DNA of 57,767 bases from a virus (lineage: Duplodnaviria; Caudoviricetes), in the IMG/VR virus record IMGVR_UViG_3300030060_004810, positions 1 to 57,767 of that record, one strand, 5' to 3'. Below are positions 10,236 to 20,773 of this stretch, piece by piece; the first letter of the stretch is position 1, and each line of letters opens with the position of its first letter. A model generated the notes under the pieces. The model saw only the letters and a program-made list of their open reading frames with translations, searched no databases and was not told the origin of the DNA. A program made the translations under genes and the position numbers.

Positions 10236-12203
10236 TTACGCGTTCCCCTCAAAGCGGCTCATCATGTTGTACATGTTCCGCATTCCTGCCTCACGGCTAC
10301 CGTTCCCTGCGCCACGCACTGCTTTGGCTGTCATGACAAACTCGCCATCAGACAGCATGGCGGGGATGTCGTCGGAAGTTTCGGTGCCGGGGCCGCTTAT
10401 CTTGCCGTTGCGGCGAGGGAAGTTGCTTGTGTCGATACCACCCCCGTCAGCCGCCGCCATGGAAGGCGCTACGTATGCGCCGGGGGCCGACAACGTATAT
10501 TGTGAGGGGTACATGTCAATCAGCTTTTGACCCGTCATGCCGCCAAAGGCATCGGGTAACGGCTCCATTTCGGGCTGGTCAAAAAACCCTGCCGCCGCGC
10601 CAATGCCGGTTAAAGCCAGCGCACTGGGGCCAAATTTTGCCATAAGACCCGGACCCGCTTTTGCGGCGGCGGCTTCAACAGCTTTTGCAATAACCGTACC
10701 CGCTTCACCTGCTTGAGTAATATTAGTAATATTATACTCTTTAAGCATTTTTGCTAATGTCTCCGAGCGAGCCGCAGATATAGCGGCGTCCACTTCCGCA
10801 GGAGTTTGCCCTGCACGGAACATATAATCGGTAACTTTCTCCATAAATGTTCTATCTGCGTTTTGTTGTATCCCGCTAGAGGCCACCTCGCCAAAGTTAA
10901 TGCCGCCGGGATCAGAAGAGCCCGTGCCTTGCAAATCGGTAATACCGCCGGGATCAAAAGAGCCTGTGCCTTGCATTAATGATTCTTTGGAAACAATATT
11001 GCCGCTTGCGTCAGTGGTAAATTGACCGGACTGCAATTGCTCCAGCACGGTGGGTTGAGCCGCTACAGAAGATTTTGGAACAATGGCACCGCTTGCGTCT
11101 GTAGTAAATTGACCGGCCTGTAATTGCTCCAGCACGGTAGGTTGAGCCGCTACAGAGGACTTTGGAACAATGGCACCGCTTGCGTCTGTAGTAAATTGAC
11201 CGGCCTGTAATTGCTCCAATATGCTGGGTTGAGCCGCTTTTCTGACAATGGCACCGCTTGCGTCTGTAGTAAATTGACCGGATTGCAGTTGACTTAGAAT
11301 GTCCGGTTGAGTTGTCGCCGCCGCTTTTCTGACAATGGCACCGCTTGCGTCTGTAGTAAATTGACCGGATTGCAGTTGATTTAAAATGTCCGGTTGAGTT
11401 GTCCCTGTGGCACCTTGTTGCACAGCTTCAGCCGCAGTAAGCGCCGTGGGGTCTGCCACTTCAGATGCTACAAAGTCTGGCGTGGCCTCAGAAATTTTGC
11501 TGATATCAGGACCGGGCAATGTTGGGTTAATTCCGCCCCCAAAACCAGTAGGCAAGCCACTCTTAACACCGGCCAAGAATTCACCGCCCTGCATCACGCT
11601 CCCAACACCCGACGCAAGGCCACCAACAGCGCCACCAAGAGCCGCCGCTTTAAACGCGTCTTTAAGACTTCCGCCTTGAACCAGTGTTCCAATACCTGAT
11701 CCCAAAGCACCTGCGGCTATGGTCCCCAAGCCGGGGAACATGAAGTTCAAACCGACCGATAGAATAACGGGAGCAAGCTTCTTAAATACTTTGACCACAC
11801 CCTTAACGGCTTTTTTGACACCCTTGAATATCTTCTTCAAGAAGAACTCAGGCTGGCCTGTGACAGGGTTGATGCTATTTAAATCGCTACCCACGATGTA
11901 ACGCTCTGGGTCAATGCCCATGTCTCGCATACGTGCAAATAGAGCTTCTTTTAGTTCGGGGTCTTCTTCAAAGACCGCCATAGGGATAATGGTTTCGCCA
12001 GTGGCAACGTGGGCTATGCGATCATCTTCTTCTCGCCCAAACTCAGCCAATTGATCTGCTGTCGGCTTGACGATGTCATAGTAGTTGTCGGCGTTCAGCG
12101 CCTCGTCTGACCAATCTCCAACCGTTGCAGTTAGAAACGACGCAAGGCCCCCTTCTGGGACCTCATATGGCTCTGGATTTCGTGATACGGCGGCGGCTGT
12201 CAT
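10236..12203 (-). CDS. Putative internal virion protein with membrane-like segment and internal repeats
   Basis: 655 aa. A basic amphipathic stretch is followed by a Gly/Ala hydrophobic region. C-terminal GPGTETSDDIPAMLSDGEFV motif. Confidence 0.65.
   Translation of the reverse strand: MTAAAVSRNPEPYEVPEGGLASFLTATVGDWSDEALNADNYYDIVKPTADQLAEFGREEDDRIAHVATGETIIPMAVFEEDPELKEALFARMRDMGIDPERYIVGSDLNSINPVTGQPEFFLKKIFKGVKKAVKGVVKVFKKLAPVILSVGLNFMFPGLGTIAAGALGSGIGTLVQGGSLKDAFKAAALGGAVGGLASGVGSVMQGGEFLAGVKSGLPTGFGGGINPTLPGPDISKISEATPDFVASEVADPTALTAAEAVQQGATGTTQPDILNQLQSGQFTTDASGAIVRKAAATTQPDILSQLQSGQFTTDASGAIVRKAAQPSILEQLQAGQFTTDASGAIVPKSSVAAQPTVLEQLQAGQFTTDASGAIVPKSSVAAQPTVLEQLQSGQFTTDASGNIVSKESLMQGTGSFDPGGITDLQGTGSSDPGGINFGEVASSGIQQNADRTFMEKVTDYMFRAGQTPAEVDAAISAARSETLAKMLKEYNITNITQAGEAGTVIAKAVEAAAAKAGPGLMAKFGPSALALTGIGAAAGFFDQPEMEPLPDAFGGMTGQKLIDMYPSQYTLSAPGAYVAPSMAAADGGGIDTSNFPRRNGKISGPGTETSDDIPAMLSDGEFVMTAKAVRGAGNGSREAGMRNMYNMMSRFEGNA
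10995..11402. repeat. Five in-frame 78-87-bp tandem repeats (QLQ[SA]GQFTTDASG)
   Basis: The core ccgcttgcgtc..gtaaattgaccgg starts at 11002, 11089, 11176, 11254 and 11341. Confidence 0.9.
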
Positions 12204-12242
12204 ATAACTATCCCATGATTATCAGCGATTGTATCAAAGCCC

Positions 12243-12542
12243 TCATGGGGTTGATACCGTCACAGAACCTACCAAACCTGTACCCGCTAATCCGGCAGGA
12301 TGCGGCTTATTGGCAATCACTATTTTCAACGTGCCATCTTGCTGAAACACTGCGCCAGTTTCTAGGTTGTAGTCATTCTGCTGTAAATTAGTTAAAGTAA
12401 GCTCCGTGTGCCGTGCATCGCCGGGATTGTTAAATAGCTCAAGAAATACAGAAAATGAGCGTACAACCTCCGACATATACGTGGCATCGTATTGTTCCGG
12501 TGCCCGTGGAAACTGAGGTAATACTAAGCGGCGTCCGCTCAT
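12243..12542 (-). CDS. Hypothetical tail-associated protein (99 aa)
   Basis: Start MSGRR overlaps the upstream stop (ATGA). C-terminal GLVGSVTV resembles neighbouring structural proteins. Confidence 0.7.
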   Translation of the reverse strand: MSGRRLVLPQFPRAPEQYDATYMSEVVRSFSVFLELFNNPGDARHTELTLTNLQQNDYNLETGAVFQQDGTLKIVIANKPHPAGLAGTGLVGSVTVSTP

Positions 12543-14422
12543 CTGCGGCCATCCGGGCGCACGTCTAGTCGGGCAGAGCCCAACCGCCATTGCGTTTCTG
12601 TGTTAGAGGAGGCTATACGAAGCGCAAAGCTACGGCCTCTCAGACGTAAATGTACCTGATTTGTAAACTGTTCTACAGGGGTAGTTGCAGATCGTGTGAC
12701 AGTCGCCGCATCCTCTGAATCGTAGTTACCGCCGGGGAAATCACGGACTTTGGTGGTAAAGACGACATTTGGCGAAGCCGCAGTAGAGTTTTCAAAGGTT
12801 ATGTCGGGGATAAGGCGACGTATAAAGGCAAACTGCTCACCGTCCGCAAGGTCAATCTGGCTAGATTCTATGTGGGCGTTAATAGCCACAGCAGGACTAG
12901 CAGTAGCGTCATCCAGACCCAGCTCTTGAAAATATTGCCTGCCATCAGTGAACGTAGCAACCGGGAAGTCGTTGATGCCACGGTCAACCCAAGCTGTACG
13001 CACCAGAGTACCGTAATACCAAGCATTTTCCTGATAATTAAATACAACGTAGCGATCAATTTCATTAGCTGTTGACGACGGGTAGAACCACCAGATTTCG
13101 CTGTACGCCGAGTTCGACGCCGCAAAGACCTTCTCTTTCTGTTCACGGTTAAAATCATCAAAAACGTATGACCTTACCGTACAGGGAATACGCTGTACTT
13201 GGCCACTAAACACGTAGAACTCTTCAAAGCCCATCCAGTACACGACATCATCGTGTGCGATAGCCGCGAGAGGCGACATGATGGTGGTGTTTTCTGATAC
13301 AAGATTGATGCCAAACGTGAACGGCGGCCCCAAAAACTGCATGGCGTGGAGCGAAACGTCGGTATACACGAGAATTTGCTGACGTGTTTCTACCGCCGCC
13401 ACAATCTCGGAACCCGAGCCAATACGCAGGTCACCGGCTGTATTGGACGGCAAAGACTGCCACGTAGTGGGGTCTTCTTGATCACTGAATCGGATCAACA
13501 AGGGGTCTTGAGTGCCAATAGATGTCTCTGAATCGCAACCAAAGGCAATAATGTGTCTATCTCTGTCGGATACTAACACCTGTTTGGCTATCGTCGGGGT
13601 GGTTGAATCAGCGTTGGTGCGGTCTGAAATTGCCACGGCCCGTGAAGACAGCCCCAAGGTCTTGTCCCAGTAAAAAATGCCGGCATCTCGGACATTTATG
13701 ATCAAGTCTTCACCGAAGTTGTCATGTGTCCAGATACGTAAAATGGCGGTCGTGCCGGTTGCGGCGGCGGCGTCACCCCAGCCTTCTCTACCCCACGTTC
13801 CCACGCCCCAGCCTGTGCCACTTACGGAGGTATCCAGACCCGTATTGATCTGATATGCGCCAACCGTAGAGCCACCACCATTACCACTGTCACTGGAGTT
13901 AGCTGTGACGGTGGCGTCAGAGGTGTCCTTGGCTATGATGGTAAAGCTGTTGTCGTTAACAACCGTGTCTATGCGATATTCTTGGTTTAGAACTGCCGCC
14001 GTAATATTGCCACCCAAGGATGCCGCGCCTGAAAAGGTGACATAGTCCCCTGCCACAGCCCCGTGAGCCGTGTCTGCTACCGTGATAGTTGAGGAACCGT
14101 TGGTGGCGCTAAACGTCACATCCCCTGCGCCTGTTATAGAGCGGATAGGGGTGATGTCGTTATAGATGCCGCCTTCTTCAATATAGTATTTGAGGTGTGT
14201 TCCGAGGCCCATGAACCGTGAGCCGTCGAGAGCGACAAACGGTTTCAGGGCACGACAGGTGCCAAGAAAAGTGCTTTCTGTAGCGCGTTCCCAACCGCCT
14301 ATTTTTTCTGGTACACCAAACCGAAACCGTACTTTATCGCCATCAAACCACCCGCCCTCGTTTGTGTACGAGGTCGTTTCACGATTTATTCCGGGCCTAA
14401 ATTGTAATTTTGTTAGGGGCAT
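12539..14422 (-). CDS. Tail tubular/nozzle protein (P22 gp10/T7 gp12-like)
   Basis: 627 aa, beta-rich, with an LLIRFSDQEDP motif. Lies immediately before the ejection proteins. Confidence 0.65.
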   Translation of the reverse strand: MPLTKLQFRPGINRETTSYTNEGGWFDGDKVRFRFGVPEKIGGWERATESTFLGTCRALKPFVALDGSRFMGLGTHLKYYIEEGGIYNDITPIRSITGAGDVTFSATNGSSTITVADTAHGAVAGDYVTFSGAASLGGNITAAVLNQEYRIDTVVNDNSFTIIAKDTSDATVTANSSDSGNGGGSTVGAYQINTGLDTSVSGTGWGVGTWGREGWGDAAAATGTTAILRIWTHDNFGEDLIINVRDAGIFYWDKTLGLSSRAVAISDRTNADSTTPTIAKQVLVSDRDRHIIAFGCDSETSIGTQDPLLIRFSDQEDPTTWQSLPSNTAGDLRIGSGSEIVAAVETRQQILVYTDVSLHAMQFLGPPFTFGINLVSENTTIMSPLAAIAHDDVVYWMGFEEFYVFSGQVQRIPCTVRSYVFDDFNREQKEKVFAASNSAYSEIWWFYPSSTANEIDRYVVFNYQENAWYYGTLVRTAWVDRGINDFPVATFTDGRQYFQELGLDDATASPAVAINAHIESSQIDLADGEQFAFIRRLIPDITFENSTAASPNVVFTTKVRDFPGGNYDSEDAATVTRSATTPVEQFTNQVHLRLRGRSFALRIASSNTETQWRLGSARLDVRPDGRR

Positions 14423-14428
14423 GTTTAA

Positions 14429-15400
14429 TTAAAACGTTGATACTGCTACACGTTTCCACGTATTTGTAGCCACACAAATGTACAAATATTCCGTGTCATA
14501 GGCTAATTCACCTTTTGTCCCTGACGCAGAAGAACTTGCAGGGGTCTGTGATGTTTGTATCGTAATGCTGTCTCCGGTAGTGGCTAAGGCGTTAAAAGTT
14601 CCTGCACCGGGCGTCGATGCGCCGATATTTGTACCGTCAATCTCACCCCCCGCCACGTCTATTGAAGGAATTGTCGCCGTGCCCGTGGTGCTTAAAGTAG
14701 TAAACGCACCCGTAGCAGGAGAATTAGCCCCGACAGGAGTGCCGTCCACCGCTCCACCATTGATGTCAACGGCGGCAAAAGTAGAAGTTCCGCTAGAAGC
14801 AATGTTACCCGTGACGTTCCCTGTGACGTTGCCAGTAACATTACCAGTGACGTTCCCTGTCAAATTACCGGTAACATTACCCGTGATCGCGCCTGTCACG
14901 TTACCGGTAACATTACCCGTCAAATTACCGGTAACATTTGTAGCTACAAGATCAACAAACACCTGCGTGACGGTAGCGCCCGTGCCGCCACCATTAAACT
15001 TCAATATAACGTCTTTTCCGTTGGCAATCTCAAAATCATTAGAGGCGTTGTAAGTGCCTTGAAAAACAATGATTGATCGACTGCCACTTAAAGAATTACG
15101 AATATGAACGATTTTTTCGGCATTGTTAGGGGTTAACTGCACGTATGCGGTAGCGCCAAGATCACCCCCATCCGTAAATTCAATGAACTTGTTCCGCCCG
15201 TTAGACGTGGACCCGTCCGTTATAGGAAGATCGGTAGGGCTACCTGAACTACCGGCAGAAGACAAGTTGACCGAAGCAATGCCGTCTATGGCGCTATCAA
15301 TTAGATCAAAGTTTGTGTTCGTGGTTGTTCCCCACGTACCCGACTGCTCGCCAGTAGCAATCTTTTCAATACCAAGGTTTGTCGTATATGTACTAGGCAT
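14429..15400 (-). CDS. Tail fibre/spike-like structural protein
   Basis: MPSTYT...GEQSGTWG N-terminus, (GN[VL]T)n repeats and a YLYICVATNTWKR C-terminus. Confidence 0.7.
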   Translation of the reverse strand: MPSTYTTNLGIEKIATGEQSGTWGTTTNTNFDLIDSAIDGIASVNLSSAGSSGSPTDLPITDGSTSNGRNKFIEFTDGGDLGATAYVQLTPNNAEKIVHIRNSLSGSRSIIVFQGTYNASNDFEIANGKDVILKFNGGGTGATVTQVFVDLVATNVTGNLTGNVTGNVTGAITGNVTGNLTGNVTGNVTGNVTGNVTGNIASSGTSTFAAVDINGGAVDGTPVGANSPATGAFTTLSTTGTATIPSIDVAGGEIDGTNIGASTPGAGTFNALATTGDSITIQTSQTPASSSASGTKGELAYDTEYLYICVATNTWKRVAVSTF

Positions 15401-15410
15401 AATGTCCTCG

Positions 15411-16190
15411 CTACGCCGCTATTTCTACCCAATTGGCAGTCTGATCCGGAACTATGGGGTTCCAAGCAAACGGGGTCACCTGACCCACTTCCCCTGTCGC
15501 CGCCACGCCCGTGACTTGAATTTGTATTTCCCCTGTTGCACTGGCTACTCCGACCCGGCCCACGGCAAAAGATCCCGTGAGGGCCACATTTACGCCGGTG
15601 CCCTGCGTAACAGTGACAGCGCCAACGCCGCCCGTGGCCGCTATTCCCGTAACGTCTACCTGTCCTGCGGCATCTACGGTGACAGAACCAACGCCACCCG
15701 TGCCTGCTATACCGGTTACGGATACATTGGCAGGACCAACGACAGTGACGGAGCCCACCGCAGATGTAGCGGCAAGGCCCGTGACAGACGCCCCAACGCC
15801 AAGCTGGAAGCTAATCTGGAGGCTGTCATCAGACAGAGTGGCAAACGGCTCCTCACTAAACGCCAAGCCCCCTAGCAGGGAACCTCCCGCTTCCAATGAG
15901 GTCATCGGCATGGAGGCCGAAACGCCTGTTACAGAAACCCCCGTGGGCAGAGATACCGTCGTACTGCCAAATCCGCTTGTAGCGGCAATGCCTGTTACAG
16001 ATACAGATTCGTTAAAAACTAAAACGCCGCCAGAGGCGGTAGCCTGAAGGCCGGTGACAACCGCATCGGCGTCCCCGTTGATAGATACGCTACCAACGCC
16101 ACCGGTAGCCGCAACACCCGTGACACCCACTGGACCAAAAGCGGAAGGAGTGCTAAACGGTGTGGCTGAAAATCCGGTTAAACCAAACAT
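15411..16190 (-). CDS. Minor structural protein with VTG.AATG.VG repeats
   Basis: 259 aa with a V/T/G/S-rich repeated motif. Confidence 0.65.
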   Translation of the reverse strand: MFGLTGFSATPFSTPSAFGPVGVTGVAATGGVGSVSINGDADAVVTGLQATASGGVLVFNESVSVTGIAATSGFGSTTVSLPTGVSVTGVSASMPMTSLEAGGSLLGGLAFSEEPFATLSDDSLQISFQLGVGASVTGLAATSAVGSVTVVGPANVSVTGIAGTGGVGSVTVDAAGQVDVTGIAATGGVGAVTVTQGTGVNVALTGSFAVGRVGVASATGEIQIQVTGVAATGEVGQVTPFAWNPIVPDQTANWVEIAA

Positions 16191-16234
16191 AGGCGTTAGT
16201 TAGGCCCGCTTTGAGTGTGCGCTACCACAGTATA

Positions 16235-16711
16235 CTACCCCTTACCTGACACCGCTTCAAAAATAAAGGCTATGATGCCACCTGCTATTGCCACCAACAC
16301 GATAATCCAGAAAGACTTGATTATTGTGTCTTTGGCCTCTTGTTGAGCATAGACCTCCCGCTGGCGCTGGGCCTGAACCTCTTTCATACAGTTGCGATAC
16401 TCTTCCAAACCTTCGTTACCGTATGCATATTGCAACAGCGTCACTATCTCTTTGCGTTGGTTTTCTATTCTTTTTTTAGCCGCAAACATCTGCGCGGCTT
16501 CTGCTTCAATAGACTGAGAAAACACCACTTGCTTGAGGGGGTTCGTGCGTTTTTTTTGACGCTGATTGGCATACATAATGTCACTGGCGTGACCCTGCCA
16601 TCGTGCTACAACAGAAAAGGTATCTTCTATGCTTTTACCGGCTTCGATAAAAGCTTTGACCCCCGCATATGCTTTGGTCGCCGCCGCCGCCGCTGTGATC
16701 GGGTCAATCAT
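16235..16711 (-). CDS. Hypothetical protein with C-terminal transmembrane helix
   Basis: 158-aa ORF ending in FWIIVLVAIAGGIIAFIF. Confidence 0.7.
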   Translation of the reverse strand: MIDPITAAAAATKAYAGVKAFIEAGKSIEDTFSVVARWQGHASDIMYANQRQKKRTNPLKQVVFSQSIEAEAAQMFAAKKRIENQRKEIVTLLQYAYGNEGLEEYRNCMKEVQAQRQREVYAQQEAKDTIIKSFWIIVLVAIAGGIIAFIFEAVSGKG

Positions 16712-16904
16712 CAGGAACCTCGTAAACTACGTAGGGATCACAGTACGAATTGAAATAGGGCAAATACCAAGTGTACGTTTGATCCGATGTGCTATTTAGC
16801 TCCTTGTACCGACATATCCGATAATGTTCTAACCGTGTTCTACTGCCTATCGCCCATGTATAAGTGTAGGTTTCCAACACCAAATACAGGACGATGGTTT
16901 CCAC
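16704..16904 (-). CDS. Hypothetical protein
   Basis: 66-aa ORF that fills the gap in a tightly packed operon. Confidence 0.55.
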   Translation of the reverse strand: METIVLYLVLETYTYTWAIGSRTRLEHYRICRYKELNSTSDQTYTWYLPYFNSYCDPYVVYEVPDD

Positions 16905-16907
16905 ATA

Positions 16908-17405
16908 TCACGGCTTTGTGGGCCAGTTGATTGTGCCGGGAAAGTCTGTCTGCTGTGGCACATCACGCAATGCCTGCCTATACGTCTTCATGGCGTCAGA
17001 CATTGTGACATCTGCCAAGGCGTAGTGATCTGTCTCCATCAATAGGGCAGTACGCTTGGCTCTTTCAGTTGCCGCCAAAGCCGCAGTATTTGCTGTGTCG
17101 TAAGCAGTCTTTTGCGCCGCCACAGTCTGAACATCACCATTACCATCGGTGTATTCAGTAAACATTTCCTGCTCTTTCCACGCGTATACCCAGTTGCCTT
17201 TGCCATCCTCTACAGCGCCGTTACGCACAACAGACTTGTAGGTTGCGCTAGGCTCAGGAGCAGGAGCTTCTAATACAGGGTCAACGCCCAACGCATCATG
17301 CACAGAGCTATTCCACGCCTTGGGTAGGCTCATGTTTTTGTTTTCAGCGCGGAGTTGAGTGTCCGTTTTTATGTCGCCGCTTGACTTGTTTCTATACTCT
17401 GCCAT
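16908..17405 (-). CDS. Tail fibre assembly chaperone-like protein
   Basis: C-terminal R..LL.ETD...YRQALRDVPQQ..FP..I.WP.KP motif. Confidence 0.75.
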   Translation of the reverse strand: MAEYRNKSSGDIKTDTQLRAENKNMSLPKAWNSSVHDALGVDPVLEAPAPEPSATYKSVVRNGAVEDGKGNWVYAWKEQEMFTEYTDGNGDVQTVAAQKTAYDTANTAALAATERAKRTALLMETDHYALADVTMSDAMKTYRQALRDVPQQTDFPGTINWPTKP

Positions 17406-17413
17406 GTCAATTC

Positions 17414-19330
17414 CTATGCGATTGCTAAAAATATGTAAGTGCCGCTAGAAGCATTAAGTCCTGCTGGCGCTGATGATGTCACTGTAAATCCAGAGCTAAG
17501 GGGGTCTATGTAATCTGTGTTGGTTACTTGAGTGTCAGTGGTGTTTAAAAGCAAATACGGATCGTTACCCGCCACAATGCCTCTAACAGAATCGTAAAGA
17601 TACCAATCTCCAGTAGAATCTGTGCGTTTAATTAATACAAACCTAGCACCAGCACTAAATCCACAGTCAACATTTAAGTCACTACCTGTTCCGGTGTAGC
17701 TACCTATTTTTGATATGCCATCTACACTCGCAAACAAATAAGCTATAAAAGTTTGACTGCTGGTATTTGTAAATGCGCTGTAGGTTGAAAACACGCTAGA
17801 TGTTGGTGCTGTGTCATTCCAAAATCCCACAGATGTTGCTGTAGCTGACGCTCCATTTAGGTACGTTGCTTTAGTAGCCCCCGATGCTGAGTGATAAACA
17901 AACCAGTTGTCTGCGGCAGTACGCGATTTAACAATCATTATTTCAGGGGTTACCCCTAAATTATGAGACACTGTTCTCCCGTTTGTTCCATCGCCGGTAT
18001 AAGTTACAACATCAAAGTAACCTTTAGCCCTGCGCCACATCCATGCATACTCATCAGCATTTGCTGAAGCGCCTTCTCTGTGACCGTTCATGTAGTCAAA
18101 AGTTACGCTACTAATCGTTGACTCAGAAGAAGTATCATTTGTAAACAGAACGTTACTGCCAGTAAGGCGAGAAGCTATTTGGCGACTTCCAGTTTCGTCT
18201 ACCGTTCTATGAATAGCCATATCAACAGGGAAACCGCTAATAAAAGCAGGAGAAGTTGTTGTTGTTCGATTGTCTACAGCAAACAAATCAGTAGCCGCAA
18301 ACTCTGATGCTGGCTTATTGGGTCTGCGGATGGCTACATAAATCAAGGTTCCATCATAATATGTAATCGGTTTAAAGCCTCTAGACGTAAATTCAAAGAC
18401 ATCATTGGCAACTTCTGCGTTGGAGTTGTTCGTTCTAAGATATGCATTACGCATATTGTCAATTATCAACCACGCACCCAGCCCAGAATCAGAACTTGCA
18501 CCCTTAATTAACAACCATTGCGGCTCAAAACCTAAATTTACTTCAACGCCTACGGATGCAGAATTGTTAACAAACGAATCACAATAAATAATAGCTTCGT
18601 CAGAATTTTGGCCATAATCTGCTTCGTTATGGCCGAACAGGTAGGCCACATAGGTGTAGCCACTTTGATTACACTCTGCATTATTATCAACATAGAAGTG
18701 TGTTGATGTAGGGTTTTGATCGCCCCACCTGTCCTGCGTGTACTCTGCATTAGTCATGTTTAAACGCAACAGCTTTGTGTATCCAAGCGAGCGATGGTAA
18801 ACAATCCAATTATCAGCATGAGATGTTACTTTCACAATAATCATGCCCGGAACAGAGCCAAGGTTATGAGCTATAGCCCTATTGTCTGTTCCATCGCCCG
18901 TATAAGTTACAACGTCAAAAAATTTTTTTTGCTCGCGGAATGCCCAAGAAACGTAAGGAACATTACTTTCATTACCCCGCTTTGCTTGACCTAAGGCAAA
19001 CCCTGTAGATGTAAACCCTCCCACAATCCCCGGATACATAGGTGATTCACCAGCGGTGGCGGCGTCAGTGCTATTGCTTTCCAGAGCTGTCATAGCGCCA
19101 CCATCAAGAGGCCGTTCACTGTCATAAAGCGCGTGATCGTCTTCAGTGCCAGAATTGTCTCGACTTTTAATCCACAGCAATCCCCCCTCACCATCAAGAT
19201 CAAGTCCGTTGGTAACAGTCTGGTTAGAAAAATTGCCGGTGTATAAGGTCGTTGAAAACACATCATCAACGTAAACAGGGTCACCAGCGTTGCCAGCGGC
19301 GGCCTGTAATAGTTTAGTGCCTACGCTCAT
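17414..19330 (-). CDS. Tail fibre/receptor-binding protein
   Basis: 638 aa with repeated FDVVTYTGDG..R...HNLG..P.MIIVK modules. Followed by a chaperone gene. Confidence 0.7.
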   Translation of the reverse strand: MSVGTKLLQAAAGNAGDPVYVDDVFSTTLYTGNFSNQTVTNGLDLDGEGGLLWIKSRDNSGTEDDHALYDSERPLDGGAMTALESNSTDAATAGESPMYPGIVGGFTSTGFALGQAKRGNESNVPYVSWAFREQKKFFDVVTYTGDGTDNRAIAHNLGSVPGMIIVKVTSHADNWIVYHRSLGYTKLLRLNMTNAEYTQDRWGDQNPTSTHFYVDNNAECNQSGYTYVAYLFGHNEADYGQNSDEAIIYCDSFVNNSASVGVEVNLGFEPQWLLIKGASSDSGLGAWLIIDNMRNAYLRTNNSNAEVANDVFEFTSRGFKPITYYDGTLIYVAIRRPNKPASEFAATDLFAVDNRTTTTSPAFISGFPVDMAIHRTVDETGSRQIASRLTGSNVLFTNDTSSESTISSVTFDYMNGHREGASANADEYAWMWRRAKGYFDVVTYTGDGTNGRTVSHNLGVTPEIMIVKSRTAADNWFVYHSASGATKATYLNGASATATSVGFWNDTAPTSSVFSTYSAFTNTSSQTFIAYLFASVDGISKIGSYTGTGSDLNVDCGFSAGARFVLIKRTDSTGDWYLYDSVRGIVAGNDPYLLLNTTDTQVTNTDYIDPLSSGFTVTSSAPAGLNASSGTYIFLAIA

Positions 19331-20472
19331 CCCATTGCCTGCCCAGCAACAAAGCCGTAATAGGTTGTGCCGCCATCAATAGTGAAAAACACAAATACAT
19401 CTACACCATTGTTTGTTGCAGTCAGGGTTGGCGCTGTCGCCGCAGGCCAATCAACACTTGACGGCCATGTAATGGTTCTAGCACTACTGTCTTGAATTAC
19501 CTTTAAAACAAACGATGAAGCTCTGCCTGACGCGGCTGGGTTGCTAAAGGTATAGGTGACGTTTTCTGTCAGATCATGCTCAAATAAATTGCCGTCACGC
19601 AGGTTGATGGTGGCGGCGTTGGAGCTAGATGTGACGGTTGTGACTTCTTCGATTGTGCCGTTATCAAAGCTAACCACACCGTTTGCATCTGCTGTCACAG
19701 CCTTGCTTGCCTGCGTCAGACCCAAGGTAGTAATGTCGAGATAGTTGATCTCTGTGGTGGTTGCAGTCACCCCATCCAAAATGTTGATTTCTGAGGCTGT
19801 TGCAGTAACACCATCAAGGATGTTGATTTCAGAAGCTGTTGCAGTGATTCCGGGCAAAGAGCTTGTAAACGCCAGCTTGCCACTGCCGTCTGTCTTGAGA
19901 AGCTGTCCTGCTGATCCGTCAGCATTAGGAAGCTCTAGGCTGTAGGTGGCAGAGGCGCTGTGAGGTGGCCCTTTTAGAGTCACGCCGTGGCTGTTTGACT
20001 CACAATTAAACCGGATAGCGCCAGCGTTGGTATTGCCGTATAGCTCTGTGAAGCCCGTCCCCGCTGGAAATAACTGTATGTTGCCATTGCTGTTTGTGGA
20101 CTTAATCGCGTTGGTGTCAATCTGTAGGTTCTCAATAGACACTGCGCCGTTGGCATCCTCAACCACTGCTTTGTCGGCTGGGAAAGCACAGAAAATAGTT
20201 TTGCTTCCTGATGACAAGCTAACAGCAGAACCGCTGTTGGAGCTTGCAAGTACCGTAGTTCTGGCGATTGTATTGCCACTACTGACGTATGTTCCCAGCC
20301 CCACCTCAAAGTCAGAGTTGTTGCTGTCTACAATCGCGTAATACGTCGTATCACTGTCTGACAGAACAGAGGCAAACGTGACGAAGTTGCTAACCGCGCC
20401 ACCCAAGGCCACGTTGCCCGTGCCGGTAGTCGTTGTTGTCTCTTTTACTCTGTCCTTAATTATCAAGGCCAT
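19327..20472 (-). CDS. Tail fibre protein
   Basis: N-terminal DRVKETTTTTGTG anchor, LP.ADG..GQLL.TDGSG motif and TATASEINILDGV repeats. Confidence 0.72.
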   Translation of the reverse strand: MALIIKDRVKETTTTTGTGNVALGGAVSNFVTFASVLSDSDTTYYAIVDSNNSDFEVGLGTYVSSGNTIARTTVLASSNSGSAVSLSSGSKTIFCAFPADKAVVEDANGAVSIENLQIDTNAIKSTNSNGNIQLFPAGTGFTELYGNTNAGAIRFNCESNSHGVTLKGPPHSASATYSLELPNADGSAGQLLKTDGSGKLAFTSSLPGITATASEINILDGVTATASEINILDGVTATTTEINYLDITTLGLTQASKAVTADANGVVSFDNGTIEEVTTVTSSSNAATINLRDGNLFEHDLTENVTYTFSNPAASGRASSFVLKVIQDSSARTITWPSSVDWPAATAPTLTATNNGVDVFVFFTIDGGTTYYGFVAGQAMG

Positions 20473-20482
20473 GCTTCAACAC

Positions 20483-20773
20483 CTATGGTTTTGTGGGCCA
20501 GCTAATTGACGTAGGGAAGTCCGTCTGCTGAGGGACATCTCTAAGCGCCTGACGATACGCAGTCATATCGGAAGACATAGTGACATCTGACGCACCAAAG
20601 TAGTCTGTCTCAGCAAGCAAAGCGTTACGTTTTTCTCGCTCTTCTGCGGCAAGTCTGTCATTGGCTCCTGCGGCCCATGCCGCCTCTTCTGCATCACGGG
20701 CAACCTCTTCTTCCTCTGTAAAGTAAACCTTTCCTTGAGGAGTCATCCTGTGTCGTGGGTTTTCTCTGCTCAT
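20483..20773 (-). CDS. Tail fibre assembly chaperone-like protein
   Basis: C-terminus YRQALRDVPQQTDFPTSISWPTKP; paralogue of 16908..17405. Confidence 0.75.
   Translation of the reverse strand: MSRENPRHRMTPQGKVYFTEEEEVARDAEEAAWAAGANDRLAAEEREKRNALLAETDYFGASDVTMSSDMTAYRQALRDVPQQTDFPTSISWPTKP

Noticed and set aside
10995-11402. Regularly spaced repeats as a mini-CRISPR
   Set aside because: The intervening sequences are similar to each other, the periods are multiples of 3, and all lie in frame within a CDS.
14800-14940. 12-bp tandem repeats as a regulatory array
   Set aside because: They encode the GN[VL]T repeats commonly found in fibre proteins.
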